A stretch of DNA of 64,000 bases, taken from the NCBI RefSeq assembly GCF_030384885.1, contig NZ_CP128613.1; one strand, 5' to 3'. This document shows positions 47,471-57,417 of this stretch, one piece after another. Under the pieces are notes generated by a model, which was given only the letters and a program-made list of their open reading frames with translations, was not told where the DNA came from and did no database searches. This stretch comes from Escherichia coli. Its GTDB lineage: Bacteria > Pseudomonadota > Gammaproteobacteria > Enterobacterales > Enterobacteriaceae. The position numbers and the translations under genes are program-made. Numbering within the stretch: position 1 is the stretch's first letter; every line of letters starts with the position of its first letter.

Positions 47471-50341
47471 TTATATTTTTTCCAGCGCGGTGAGTATTTT
47501 CTCCGGTGTGAAATGCCATTCGCGTAACCAGATGCCGCAGGCATCGTGAATTGCGGTAGCAATCGCCGGAGCTGCGCCATTTACACCGATTTCTGAGATT
47601 GATTTCGCCCCGAATGGGCCGACTTTATCGTCGCTCGGCACCAGCACAGCGCGGAAATCACGCGGAATGTCACCAATTTTCGGTGCGCCGTAACTGCGTA
47701 AATCACGCGTTAACGGGTGGCCTTCGGCGTCATAAATGATTTCTTCGCTCATACTGTGCCCGATAGCACGCAGGGTGGCTCCGTAGATTTGTCCCAACGC
47801 TAACTCTGGATTGACCGGTGTACCACAGTCCAGCAAGGCATAGAATTTATCCAGGCGGATTTCACCCGTACGTGTGTTGACGGCAACTTCAGCAAAGTTT
47901 GCGCCATACGGGAAGGCGAAATCAGGCGTGATATAACTGGCAGTTCCCACCAGTGAACCAAAACCGGTGCCGGTTTCGCCTTTATGGGCAATATCCCCGA
48001 AACTAACTTCGCCTTTCTTGCCGCGCACGACGCCCGGCGTTGCCAGTTGAACATCCTCCAGGGGTTCCCCCAGCATTTGTGCACCGTGGAACAGGATTTT
48101 CTCTCGGAGGTTTTCTGCCGCCATACGCGCCGCGTTGCCGGAGAAACATGTACCGGACGAGGCATATGCGCCTTTATCAAACAGCGCATGATCGGTATCA
48201 CCGGAGATAACATGCACGTCCTGCGGTGGGCAGTGCAGCACTTCTGCTGCCAGTTTCGTCACCACGGTATCCAGACCAGTACCAATATCCGCACCGCCAG
48301 AATGAACGATAAAGGTACCGTCTGATTCCAGTTTGATCATGCAGTTAGCCTGATCGATATCCGGGATCCCTGATTTCTGCATGATAATGGCGACGCCACG
48401 ACCGATGTGCCAGTCACCGTTTTGTGGTTTTGGTGAAGACCATTGGATCATCTCGCGACCCTGACGCAGGATCTCTTCCAGTGCGCAGCTGGCGGCGGAA
48501 GGAACGGAGGTCGGCGCTTTACCTTCACCGATTGCACCGAGAATTTTCAGCTCTTGCCCTTCGTGTACCCGGTTACGTTCGATAATTTCCAGTTGGTCGA
48601 TCTGTAACTGTTCAGCCAGTTCCGCTAATGCCATGGTGATAGCGAAGTTACCTTTCGGTGCGCCATAACCCTGATAAGCACCATTTGGGCAAATGTTGCT
48701 GTAGTAGGTGGTGACCTGGAAATCGACGTTATCGCACGGATATAACGGCAGCGACAGCGCCGGTCCGTTACACGGTACGGTGAGTGAGTGGTTGCCGTAA
48801 GGGCCTGTGTTGGCGCGGAAATCCATCTTCACAGCCGTCAGGCGACCATCTTTCTTTGCCCCCAGTTTGACGGTGACTTTCGCGACGTGACGGGAGGTGT
48901 TAGCAATAAACTCTTCTTCACGGGTGTAGCGGAACAGTACCGGACGCCCGGTCACGCAGGTTGCCCAAGCGCACACTTCTTCCAGCAGGATGTCCTGTTT
49001 AGACCCAAAACCGCCGCCAACTCGCTCTTTAATGACATGAACTTTATGTTGTTTCATGCCCACGAGGCGCGCGACCTGGCGGCGTAAGTGCCATGGTACC
49101 TGGGTGGAGGCGTGGATAACCAGACGATCGCCGTCCATACGGGTAAAGCAGATATGAGTTTCAGTCGGGCACTGCTGCGCCTGAGTTGAGTTATAGGTTC
49201 GCTCAATGATCACATCGGCATCGGCAAAGCCTTTATCCATATCGCCAATATGACCATGAATACTGGCGGCGATATTTTTACGAGGGCGAGAACCGATAGG
49301 GAAGTTGATAATCATATGCTCGCCGCGCTGGGCTGCATGGCTGTTATCGTCTTCCAGAGTGTCTGGCGCACCCGCCACATACACCACCGGTTCATCGTGT
49401 ACGACAGGCGCATCTTCCGCCATTGCTTCGTCGATCGACATTACAGGTTTAAGCACTTCATATTCAACGTCGATGAGCTTCAGTGCTTCGAGCGCAATTT
49501 CTTCACTTTCTGCGACGACCGCAGCAACGCGATCGCCGACGTGACGCATTTTCTTGCCGAACATACGGCGGTCAAGCGGTGACGGTTCCGGTGCGCTCTG
49601 ACCACCCGGGGTATAGTAGATATCCGGGCAATTCAGGTGAGTAATAACGTGAACGACGCCCGGTAAGGCTTCAGCTTTGCTGACATCCAGATGAGTAATC
49701 AGTGCGTGAGCGTGTGGGCTACGTAACATTTTAATGACGCAGGCGTCAGCCGTTACGCGGTCTTCAACATAGCAGGGTTTCGCCTGCACCATTTTTGCGG
49801 CATCAGTTTTAGGATAATGCTTACCAATGACTTCAAGGTCATCGCGGAAAGTCGGAGCGATATCAATGGTGGCCTGCGGGTTATTTTTACGTGCAATTGC
49901 CAGTTCAACGACCTGATAGTATTGTTGCCAGCCTGCATCGCGACTGAACAAACCAGAAAGCGCGTCGTCGATCTCTTCGCGGGTCGGTGCGGCGATACGC
50001 TCGAGCAGATCAGTGATAATCAGAGCCGCAGCTGGATCGTTATAACCAGACTGCACCACGCCAACATCAACCATGGCCTGTTGAACCAGACTTAACTCAT
50101 TCCATTTGCCCAGAGATTCTGCGGTACGAATATCTGCCTTCTCTAACTGTGCGGCAATAAGCAAGGACGCGTTAACGATATTACCGTTAAAGATTATTGC
50201 GTCAGAACCGGCAAACCCGAAGCCATCATCACTGTTGCGTACAGAGTGCATTCCCATGTTAAACAACAGCTTTTGCACGTTTTCGCCTGGATTAACGGTT
50301 AGCTCCTGAGGCGCGCCATTTAAAGTAAAGTGGATGATCAT
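47471..50341 (-). CDS. xdhD: Molybdopterin-binding xanthine-dehydrogenase-family hydroxylase XdhD (956 aa)
   Basis: N-terminal 2Fe-2S-like region plus aldehyde-oxidase/xanthine-dehydrogenase Mo-binding domains; ATGA overlap with ygfM. Confidence 0.9.
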   Translation of the reverse strand: MIIHFTLNGAPQELTVNPGENVQKLLFNMGMHSVRNSDDGFGFAGSDAIIFNGNIVNASLLIAAQLEKADIRTAESLGKWNELSLVQQAMVDVGVVQSGYNDPAAALIITDLLERIAAPTREEIDDALSGLFSRDAGWQQYYQVVELAIARKNNPQATIDIAPTFRDDLEVIGKHYPKTDAAKMVQAKPCYVEDRVTADACVIKMLRSPHAHALITHLDVSKAEALPGVVHVITHLNCPDIYYTPGGQSAPEPSPLDRRMFGKKMRHVGDRVAAVVAESEEIALEALKLIDVEYEVLKPVMSIDEAMAEDAPVVHDEPVVYVAGAPDTLEDDNSHAAQRGEHMIINFPIGSRPRKNIAASIHGHIGDMDKGFADADVIIERTYNSTQAQQCPTETHICFTRMDGDRLVIHASTQVPWHLRRQVARLVGMKQHKVHVIKERVGGGFGSKQDILLEEVCAWATCVTGRPVLFRYTREEEFIANTSRHVAKVTVKLGAKKDGRLTAVKMDFRANTGPYGNHSLTVPCNGPALSLPLYPCDNVDFQVTTYYSNICPNGAYQGYGAPKGNFAITMALAELAEQLQIDQLEIIERNRVHEGQELKILGAIGEGKAPTSVPSAASCALEEILRQGREMIQWSSPKPQNGDWHIGRGVAIIMQKSGIPDIDQANCMIKLESDGTFIVHSGGADIGTGLDTVVTKLAAEVLHCPPQDVHVISGDTDHALFDKGAYASSGTCFSGNAARMAAENLREKILFHGAQMLGEPLEDVQLATPGVVRGKKGEVSFGDIAHKGETGTGFGSLVGTASYITPDFAFPYGANFAEVAVNTRTGEIRLDKFYALLDCGTPVNPELALGQIYGATLRAIGHSMSEEIIYDAEGHPLTRDLRSYGAPKIGDIPRDFRAVLVPSDDKVGPFGAKSISEIGVNGAAPAIATAIHDACGIWLREWHFTPEKILTALEKI

Positions 50342-51117
50342 ACGGCTTCCTCCCCAGCCTGTTGGCAGTCGGCATAAAGGTCGGCTACCAGAACTCCCGT
50401 GATATAGCGTTTATAGGCCACGCTGCCCCGCAAATCTTCCTGCGGGAAAATGGCGTTGGCGACAGCCTGTTCAAGGGCATCGCCTTCCAGGTTTTGTTTT
50501 TCAACATCGTGCAGACGCAGTGCTTTACTGGCCACGCCATCCAACGCAATTCGCATACCGTCGTGATCGGTTAACGCAACGGCTGCCGTTACTACCGTTA
50601 ACCCAGCCTGAGAACGGCTAATTTTGCGAGTCGCACAGGTGCGATACGGATCTTTAATGATGATTTCGGTTAGCAGGCGATCGCATGGGCAGGCCAGGTA
50701 CTCCTCAATTGACAGAGTTTCACCGTTGCCAAAAACCAGTTCGGCATCCAGTGCCAGCAGGACGGGAAGCAGCACCGACTCTTCCTGCCGGGCGGCGATT
50801 TCACCACCAATGGTCGACTGATTACGAATATGGCGAGAGTAGACAAAGCCGAGAGCCTCACGCAGTGCTGCAGGAATAAACCGTGCATCACGCAGTGTTT
50901 GCAAGCGAGACATCGCGCCAATCCGCAATGCACCGTTATCCCAGTCAACCCAGTCCAGTTCCAGATCCTGTAAGGATATGGCAATCTTTTTATCGGTACG
51001 GGTTGGTGTGGCGTTGAGTTTACTGCCTCCGGCGAACCAGACGGCTTCATCCTGGTAGCGGCGCTTCAGTTCCAGCGCCTGTTCGACAGAGTCGGGCCTG
51101 AAAAATTGTTCAATCAT
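50338..51117 (-). CDS. ygfM: FAD-binding subunit of a molybdo-hydroxylase, YgfM (259 aa)
   Basis: CO-dehydrogenase/XdhB-type FAD-binding domain; operon position. Confidence 0.88.
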   Translation of the reverse strand: MIEQFFRPDSVEQALELKRRYQDEAVWFAGGSKLNATPTRTDKKIAISLQDLELDWVDWDNGALRIGAMSRLQTLRDARFIPAALREALGFVYSRHIRNQSTIGGEIAARQEESVLLPVLLALDAELVFGNGETLSIEEYLACPCDRLLTEIIIKDPYRTCATRKISRSQAGLTVVTAAVALTDHDGMRIALDGVASKALRLHDVEKQNLEGDALEQAVANAIFPQEDLRGSVAYKRYITGVLVADLYADCQQAGEEAV

Positions 51118-51167
51118 CTTCTTTCCTTATTTAACCCTCTTCCCTGCGGGAAGAGGGTATTTGTCAT

Positions 51168-52496
51168 TTATGCCAGCGCATCCATCCGACGCCACATAGC
51201 AGCGGCGGCTTTTTGGGCTTGCGCATAAATGGAATCGCAATCGAAGTTAAACTGACGGTCTTCATAGACCATAACGCCGTTGACCATCACGCTGTGGACG
51301 CTGCCTGAACCCATGCCGAAAGCGATATGTCCAGCGATATTGTCTGCCAGCAGTGGCGTCGGCGAGTTGTAATCGCAAATGGTTAAATCGGCTTTATAAC
51401 CGGTTTCCAGCAGGCCAAATTTCGCGCCAAAGTTGCGGCTCATCAGTTCGTTGCCGTTAGACAGAGCTTTGGCAAAGCTGTCAGGCCACAGCGGACCACC
51501 CGCATCGCGATGTTTAAAGAAGGCAAATTTCATCTCTTCAAACATATCTGAACCAATACCGTCCGTACCCAACGCCAGATTGCGGATGTCGCAAAGATGA
51601 TGGTTGTAGCCGACATGGTTGTTCATGTTTGAACGGGCGTTATGCACCAGGAATGCATCACGCTGATTGAGCAACGCGATGTCGTCTTTAGACAGATAAA
51701 GCCCATGAGCGACCAGCGTTTTGCTGTCGATGAGATCGAATTGCGCTAATCGTGCCAGCAGATCTTTGCCGTACCAGTGATGACTATGGGAAACATCGTA
51801 AAGGTCTTCCGCAGCGTGAATATGTAAACCACGGCCTGTGGCTTTCACGGCCTCACGCAGCATTTCCAGACCGGCATCCGGCACAGTAAACGGCGCGTGA
51901 GCACCAATATGAGCTTCTACCAGATACGGTTCAGTTGCCGCTTTCTTCGCATCATCAATCTGACGGGCGAAGCGGATATTTTCCTCTACTCCTTCCTGTA
52001 GTTCTTTAATGCCGTTGTTACGGTCAGTGGTTTCAAAACAGGTCATCGCACGCAAGCCAACTTTTAAAAATGCGTTGCGCAATGTGGAGAGCGACCCGCT
52101 GATATACGCCGGAGAGGCATGGTGATCGATAACAGATGTACAGCCGCTCTTAATCGCTTCCAGTGAACAAATCAGCCCGCTGTAATAGAGCGACTCTTCA
52201 TCAAGGGCGCGATCGAGCCGCCACCAGAGATTTTTCAGCGTTGAAATGAAATCCGGGCAGGGGGCGATGTTTGCCATAATTCCACGGGAAAGCCCCGAGT
52301 AAAAATGGTTGTGCGAGCAGACAATTCCCGGCATCACAATCCGACCATGCATCTCTTTGTAGTTGGCATCGGGGTAGCGTTGCGTCAGCGCATCGCCGAT
52401 AGCGACAATCACATCATTTTCGATGGCGATATCAACGCCTTCCTGCACTTTCGCCGGGTGTAACTGCACTGCGGTGACATTCTTCAGAATCAACAT
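51168..52496 (-). CDS. ssnA: Putative aminohydrolase SsnA (chlorohydrolase/cytosine-deaminase-like, 442 aa)
   Basis: Amidohydrolase metal-binding motif (GIVCSHNHFYS...) and fold. Confidence 0.88.
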   Translation of the reverse strand: MLILKNVTAVQLHPAKVQEGVDIAIENDVIVAIGDALTQRYPDANYKEMHGRIVMPGIVCSHNHFYSGLSRGIMANIAPCPDFISTLKNLWWRLDRALDEESLYYSGLICSLEAIKSGCTSVIDHHASPAYISGSLSTLRNAFLKVGLRAMTCFETTDRNNGIKELQEGVEENIRFARQIDDAKKAATEPYLVEAHIGAHAPFTVPDAGLEMLREAVKATGRGLHIHAAEDLYDVSHSHHWYGKDLLARLAQFDLIDSKTLVAHGLYLSKDDIALLNQRDAFLVHNARSNMNNHVGYNHHLCDIRNLALGTDGIGSDMFEEMKFAFFKHRDAGGPLWPDSFAKALSNGNELMSRNFGAKFGLLETGYKADLTICDYNSPTPLLADNIAGHIAFGMGSGSVHSVMVNGVMVYEDRQFNFDCDSIYAQAQKAAAAMWRRMDALA

Positions 52497-52498
52497 GA

Positions 52499-55400
52499 TT
52501 ACACCTCCACGCGGCCCAGCAGATAATGATGATGCTGGTGGACATGGCTAATGATGCGGCACATATCGTTCAGCTCCGGTGGTACGTTGTTGAACTGACC
52601 TTCGCTGTCGATGTTTAACACCCAGCTTTGGTTATTCAGACGTATGCGTACCTGGCAATCTTCCACAAGGAAGCCTGGGTTGCTGCTGTTATCAAAGTCT
52701 TGCGACAGGCTGAATACGGTGATTTTGTCTTTATATGGTTTACCGTTCCACGGGCAGAACTGGGCGCAGTTGCCGCATTCGTTACAGTAAGCGTCGAGGT
52801 GCAGCGTCTGGAAACGGTTCTGGAATCCAGGGACCGCAATTGAGACATTGGCGCGGTTAGGGCAGACATCCACACACTTGCTGCAAACGTAGTTACATTC
52901 AAGACAGCGAGAAGCTTCCTGAGCGACAAACGCATCACGATCGTCGCTGTTCACCAGGGTGACTGAGATATCGCCTTTACGTTGGTAGATTTCCGCCGGA
53001 TTGACGTTGTTCCAGTATTTATCGTTCTGGTGGGAACGGATATTTTCCCGACTAAGGATGGCATCGGTCGCCCGACGCGCGGTTCCGACAGCAGCGACAA
53101 TGGAGGATGGTCCGCGCTGTACGTCGCCGATCATAAAGACGTCAGTCAGACGAGTTTCGCCATTATGGTCGACGTCTGGCCAGCCGTTTTTGTCCAGCGG
53201 CACGCCCATCGCATTCAGGGCTTCAGTATCCTGCTGTTCACCAATGGCGGTGATCAGGCTGTCTACATGCAGTGTTACTGTTTCGTTGGTTTCAACCGGA
53301 CGGCGACGACCTTTCTCATCAGGTTCGCCAAGCGACATAACGCGCAAGGTTAAGGTGCCATCAGCATCGAAACGTTCCGGATTATTCAGGAAACGGAACT
53401 CCACGCCGTCGTGCAACGCTTCTTCATACTCTTCGCGCCATGCTGGCATCTCTTGCAGTGAACGACGGTAAACGACCGTTGCTTTTTCTACGCCTGGAAC
53501 GCGTAACGCCGCACGAGCGCAGTCCATTGCGGTGTTACCCGCCCCGACAACGACCACATGTTTGCCCAGCTTGAGCGCTGTGCCCTTGTTGTATTCACGC
53601 AGGAAGGGGAGTGATTTCCAGACATTTTGGTTGTCGCCCGCCAGTTTCACACCGCTATTTTTATCAGTGCCGGTGGCAATCAGAACATAGTGGAAGCCCT
53701 GATTTTTTAACTGTTCAACGGTCAGATCGGGTGAGCAGCCATACTCAAATTTCACGCCGTGAGCGGCAACAAAATCGATATCGTGCTGAATTAACTCTGC
53801 AGGAATACGGAACTGAGGAATGATATTTTTCACCACGCCGCCCGCATTGGCTTCGCGTTCAAACAGCGTAACCGGATGGCCCGCTCTGGCAAGGAAGTAA
53901 CCTGCTGCCAGACCCGCCGGACCTGCACCAATCACGGCAACTGGATGGCGTGAACCAGAACCGGCTGGTTTGTGCCAGCGTTGCTTATATTCATCCCAAC
54001 CTTTTTCCAGCGCGACTTTTTTCAGTTCGCGGATATTCAGCGCACTGTCGTAATCCAGGCGGGTACAGTTGTATTGGCACTGGTGATCGCAAATATGACC
54101 GGTAATGGCGGGCAGGGCGTTGCGTTGGTAGATGAGTTCCAGTGCGTCGGCATAGCGGTGTTCGCCAAGCAGACGTATGTATTCCGGAATATCCTGTTTA
54201 ATGGCGCAAGCAGTAACGCACGGTGCAACGTAGCAGTCGGTCAGCGGCAGGTCTTCTGCCACTTCAATACGCTCTTCTGGCTTCCAGTGTTTCTGAGTGT
54301 ATTCCATGGTTAACGCGTCTGCTGCCAGTTTGTTCAGTCGTTCGACGTCAACATGGTCAAGCCCCCAGGCGTCGGAGCCTTCCAGCTCGCGCATGCAGGC
54401 ACTTAAGCGCAGATAGCCGCCAGGTTTCAGCAGGTCGGTTGCCATAGTAATAGGGCGAATACCAGTATCAAAAATATCGCGGATAGTCAGCTGACTGGCA
54501 CCACCGGAATAAGAAATGGGCAGTTTGCCGTCAAAGGCGCGAGAGAGAACTGCTGCAACATTGATGGAGAGCGGGAACAGCGCACGGCCTGACATATACA
54601 TCTCTTCACCAGGCAGTGCGCCTTTATTGTTGATGGTGCCGAGAGTGTTAGTCAGTTTTACGCCAAAGCCGAGTGATTTTTCTTTTGCCAGTACCATCAG
54701 GCGTTCCAGCATTTCCAGCGCTTGCGTCAGCTTGAGGTCGTGATCAAATGACTCTTCTTTTAAGCCTATGTAACCGAAACCGCAGACATCGAGGATCTCA
54801 CGAACACGCGCGTACCCCAGTAAGGTCGGGTTGAGTTTCACAAAGGTATTGAGCCCTTTTTCTTCCAGCATGTAGCGGCAAATGGCTTCGATTTCATGCG
54901 GAGGACAGCCGTGCATCGTGGAGAGGGTAACGCCTTGTACCATGCTGGTGGGGATGCGTGCCGGTAAGGCCTGCAAGCATTCGCGTTTTTCCTGTAAGCC
55001 GTGGCGGGCTAAAAATGCGTCATCCTGGAGTAATTCATTCAGCGTATCGCGATATTGAGCGAATTTCGGATGGTCAGATGCGTCCATCATATTGTCGATG
55101 AACTGTTGCATCGGCGGTTGCTTAATACCTTCGAGGTTGTAACCGACGCTCATATTAAAGATGAACGATTTACCGGAATCAGAAGGCTGGAACATCGCTT
55201 CGAGAAGGTGCAGGGCAAACCAGGCTTTGAGGTATTCATCCCAGGCTTTAAGCAGGGTAAATTCGGTGGACCATTCGGTGTTAAAGCACTCGTCTTCGGC
55301 ATCAATACAGGGCTTTTCCAGCTCCAGGCGGTCAAGAATTTGGACGGTTTTTAGTTCGATGAAGCGTCCGCCAGTCAGCCAGGATGTGACAATATTTTGC

Positions 55401-55597
55401 GCGAGCTGCGTGTGCGGACCAGCGGCAGGGCCGACGGGAGTGGCACAGGTTTCACCGAAGACGCTAATAGTTTTACCTTTTACGGGTGAGTAAAACTGTT
55501 GCTCGGGAATACCAAAGATTGAGCGTTGTTGTTGGTATTCATCAAATATGCGCGTCAAAAGTTCCTCAAACGGAATGGGACGCATAATATCCCCCAT
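52499..55597 (-). CDS. ygfK: Large Fe-S/flavin oxidoreductase YgfK (GltD-like plus dihydropyrimidine-dehydrogenase-like and ferredoxin domains; putative selenate-reductase-associated, 1032 aa)
   Basis: 1032-aa ORF with pyridine-nucleotide disulfide-oxidoreductase GxGxxG motifs ([14 protein letters not shown]) and C-terminal Cys clusters. Confidence 0.88.
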   Translation of the reverse strand: MGDIMRPIPFEELLTRIFDEYQQQRSIFGIPEQQFYSPVKGKTISVFGETCATPVGPAAGPHTQLAQNIVTSWLTGGRFIELKTVQILDRLELEKPCIDAEDECFNTEWSTEFTLLKAWDEYLKAWFALHLLEAMFQPSDSGKSFIFNMSVGYNLEGIKQPPMQQFIDNMMDASDHPKFAQYRDTLNELLQDDAFLARHGLQEKRECLQALPARIPTSMVQGVTLSTMHGCPPHEIEAICRYMLEEKGLNTFVKLNPTLLGYARVREILDVCGFGYIGLKEESFDHDLKLTQALEMLERLMVLAKEKSLGFGVKLTNTLGTINNKGALPGEEMYMSGRALFPLSINVAAVLSRAFDGKLPISYSGGASQLTIRDIFDTGIRPITMATDLLKPGGYLRLSACMRELEGSDAWGLDHVDVERLNKLAADALTMEYTQKHWKPEERIEVAEDLPLTDCYVAPCVTACAIKQDIPEYIRLLGEHRYADALELIYQRNALPAITGHICDHQCQYNCTRLDYDSALNIRELKKVALEKGWDEYKQRWHKPAGSGSRHPVAVIGAGPAGLAAGYFLARAGHPVTLFEREANAGGVVKNIIPQFRIPAELIQHDIDFVAAHGVKFEYGCSPDLTVEQLKNQGFHYVLIATGTDKNSGVKLAGDNQNVWKSLPFLREYNKGTALKLGKHVVVVGAGNTAMDCARAALRVPGVEKATVVYRRSLQEMPAWREEYEEALHDGVEFRFLNNPERFDADGTLTLRVMSLGEPDEKGRRRPVETNETVTLHVDSLITAIGEQQDTEALNAMGVPLDKNGWPDVDHNGETRLTDVFMIGDVQRGPSSIVAAVGTARRATDAILSRENIRSHQNDKYWNNVNPAEIYQRKGDISVTLVNSDDRDAFVAQEASRCLECNYVCSKCVDVCPNRANVSIAVPGFQNRFQTLHLDAYCNECGNCAQFCPWNGKPYKDKITVFSLSQDFDNSSNPGFLVEDCQVRIRLNNQSWVLNIDSEGQFNNVPPELNDMCRIISHVHQHHHYLLGRVEV

Positions 55598-55918
55598 AAC
55601 CCTCTCCTTAGCTTATACAGATATCATTGAATGACCGGTGTTGAGAAATCCGGTGGTTTACGGGGATAGAGCAACAATCGCACCACTCTTGCCAGGTTTA
55701 GTGGGAAATATAAAAAAATGTGAGGCGGCTCGAAACTTAAGGGCTTTTTGTGAATGAACTCACAGGTGCCAAATGAGAATTAAAATCACTCCTGAAAATT
55801 ATTATTACCAGCCCATTTATCACTTTTTCTCTTTTCTCAAAATCAGTGATTCCTTATCATAATGATAAAGAAGGCTGGATGGTTTAAATATTTGAACGCA
55901 AACGTTTAACTACGTTTT

Positions 55919-56497
55919 CTAAATTTCAGTATACCTTTTTTGCGCTGTAATAAAGTCGTCCGGAGTATCAATATCTAAAATTATTTCTGCATTTTCTATT
56001 TCGACGGAATAATGTTCTCCCATAAGGAGTGCCTGACGCATATTGGTGACATTGGGTCGCTGGGTTGCCTGCATCAGGCATGGCTTTGACACTAAAATCG
56101 GATGGCCGGGGATACCTTTATGGAGTGGCAGTATTGAGCCATCATTACGTAACGACCAGATTTTTCTAAAAATATCGATGGTGAGGGTTGGCATGTCACC
56201 GTGGGTGAGAAAACAATGTTCGGTTTGCACCGCGGGTACTGCGGCCTTTACTGATGTCAGTAAACCCTGCGCATAATTTGGGTTGTGGATAATAGTGATA
56301 TTACTCTGGTTCGCATAACGTTCGTGCAGTTCATTACCACGATAGCCGGTGACTAAAATAATTCGGCTACAAAACTGCAACGCATTTTTGATACTTGCAT
56401 CAAGAATTGTTCCCTCTTGCCAGGGTAACATCATTTTCCATTGCCCCATTCTTGATGATAATCCGGCAGCGGTAATTATACAGTCGATGGCTGACAT
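55919..56497 (-). CDS. mocA: Molybdenum cofactor cytidylyltransferase MocA (YgfJ, 192 aa)
   Basis: MobA-like nucleotidyltransferase N-terminus (AIDCIITAAGLSSRMG). Confidence 0.88.
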   Translation of the reverse strand: MSAIDCIITAAGLSSRMGQWKMMLPWQEGTILDASIKNALQFCSRIILVTGYRGNELHERYANQSNITIIHNPNYAQGLLTSVKAAVPAVQTEHCFLTHGDMPTLTIDIFRKIWSLRNDGSILPLHKGIPGHPILVSKPCLMQATQRPNVTNMRQALLMGEHYSVEIENAEIILDIDTPDDFITAQKRYTEI

Positions 56498-56599
56498 AGT
56501 GGTTCCATTATTTATAGGGGCTAATAACGCCTGATAATTGCGTTACTTCCTGATGGATTAAGTTGGGGATAATTTATCCCAGAGAGGTCATAAAGACTC

Positions 56600-57370
56600 G
56601 TGAAAAGTATAGTTGACCCATCGGCATTATTCATTGATTTAGGCGCGCAGAAACGTCCCACTGTGATTTCTGTTGTTGGGGCTGGGGGGAAAACCAGCTT
56701 GCTTTTTTGGCTGGCAGAACTGCTCCAGGCTAGCGGCAGGCGAGTGTTAATCACTACGACGACACATATGTTTATGCCAACGTCTCACTGGCCCGTGGTT
56801 TTCTGTCGTGATCCCGCCATGCTTCCTCATGCGTCTCTTACATCCCCCATTTCATTTTGTTTTCACAGCTGGAAAGCGAACCAGGGAAAAGTGCAGGGAT
56901 TTATGCCAGAAGCGATTGATGCACTGGTGCAACGACCAGAGTGTGACGTAATTCTCATTGAGGCAGATGGCTCGCGTGGAATGCCGTTAAAAGCGCCTGA
57001 TGAGCACGAACCTTGCATACCCAAAAGCAGTTGCTGCGTGATTGCTGTGATGGGAGGACATATTTTGGGTGCGAAAGTGAGCACAGAAAATGTCCATCGC
57101 TGGTCGCAGTTTGCTGATATTACCGGGTTAACACCTGATGCAACCTTGCAACTGAGCGATCTCGTTGCGCTGGTTCGCCACCCTCAGGGCGCATTTAAAA
57201 ACGTACCGCAAGGTTGTCGGCGAGTCTGGTTCATTAACCGTTTTTCTCAATGTGAGAATGCGATTGCGCAAAGCGAGCTCCTTCAACCGCTGCAACAACA
57301 CGACGTAGAGGCAATCTGGCTGGGCGATATACAAGAACATCCTGCAATCGCGCGCAGATTTGTGAATTAG
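56600..57370 (+). CDS. yqeC: YqeC, marker protein of selenium-dependent molybdenum hydroxylase loci (256 aa)
   Basis: P-loop-like VVGAGGKTS; pairs with yqeB. Confidence 0.85.
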   Translation: MKSIVDPSALFIDLGAQKRPTVISVVGAGGKTSLLFWLAELLQASGRRVLITTTTHMFMPTSHWPVVFCRDPAMLPHASLTSPISFCFHSWKANQGKVQGFMPEAIDALVQRPECDVILIEADGSRGMPLKAPDEHEPCIPKSSCCVIAVMGGHILGAKVSTENVHRWSQFADITGLTPDATLQLSDLVALVRHPQGAFKNVPQGCRRVWFINRFSQCENAIAQSELLQPLQQHDVEAIWLGDIQEHPAIARRFVN

Positions 57371-57417
57371 CGGCCCGGGTATTCCGGGTTACTGAAAGGA
57401 TATCCATTGAGGTTGGT

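Noticed and set aside
55741-55780. Possible sigma-54 promoter (TGGCAC-N5-...) on the minus strand upstream of ygfK
   Set aside because: Only the -24 TGGCAC half matches; the -12 GC element is absent (AGTTC), so the match is too weak to call.
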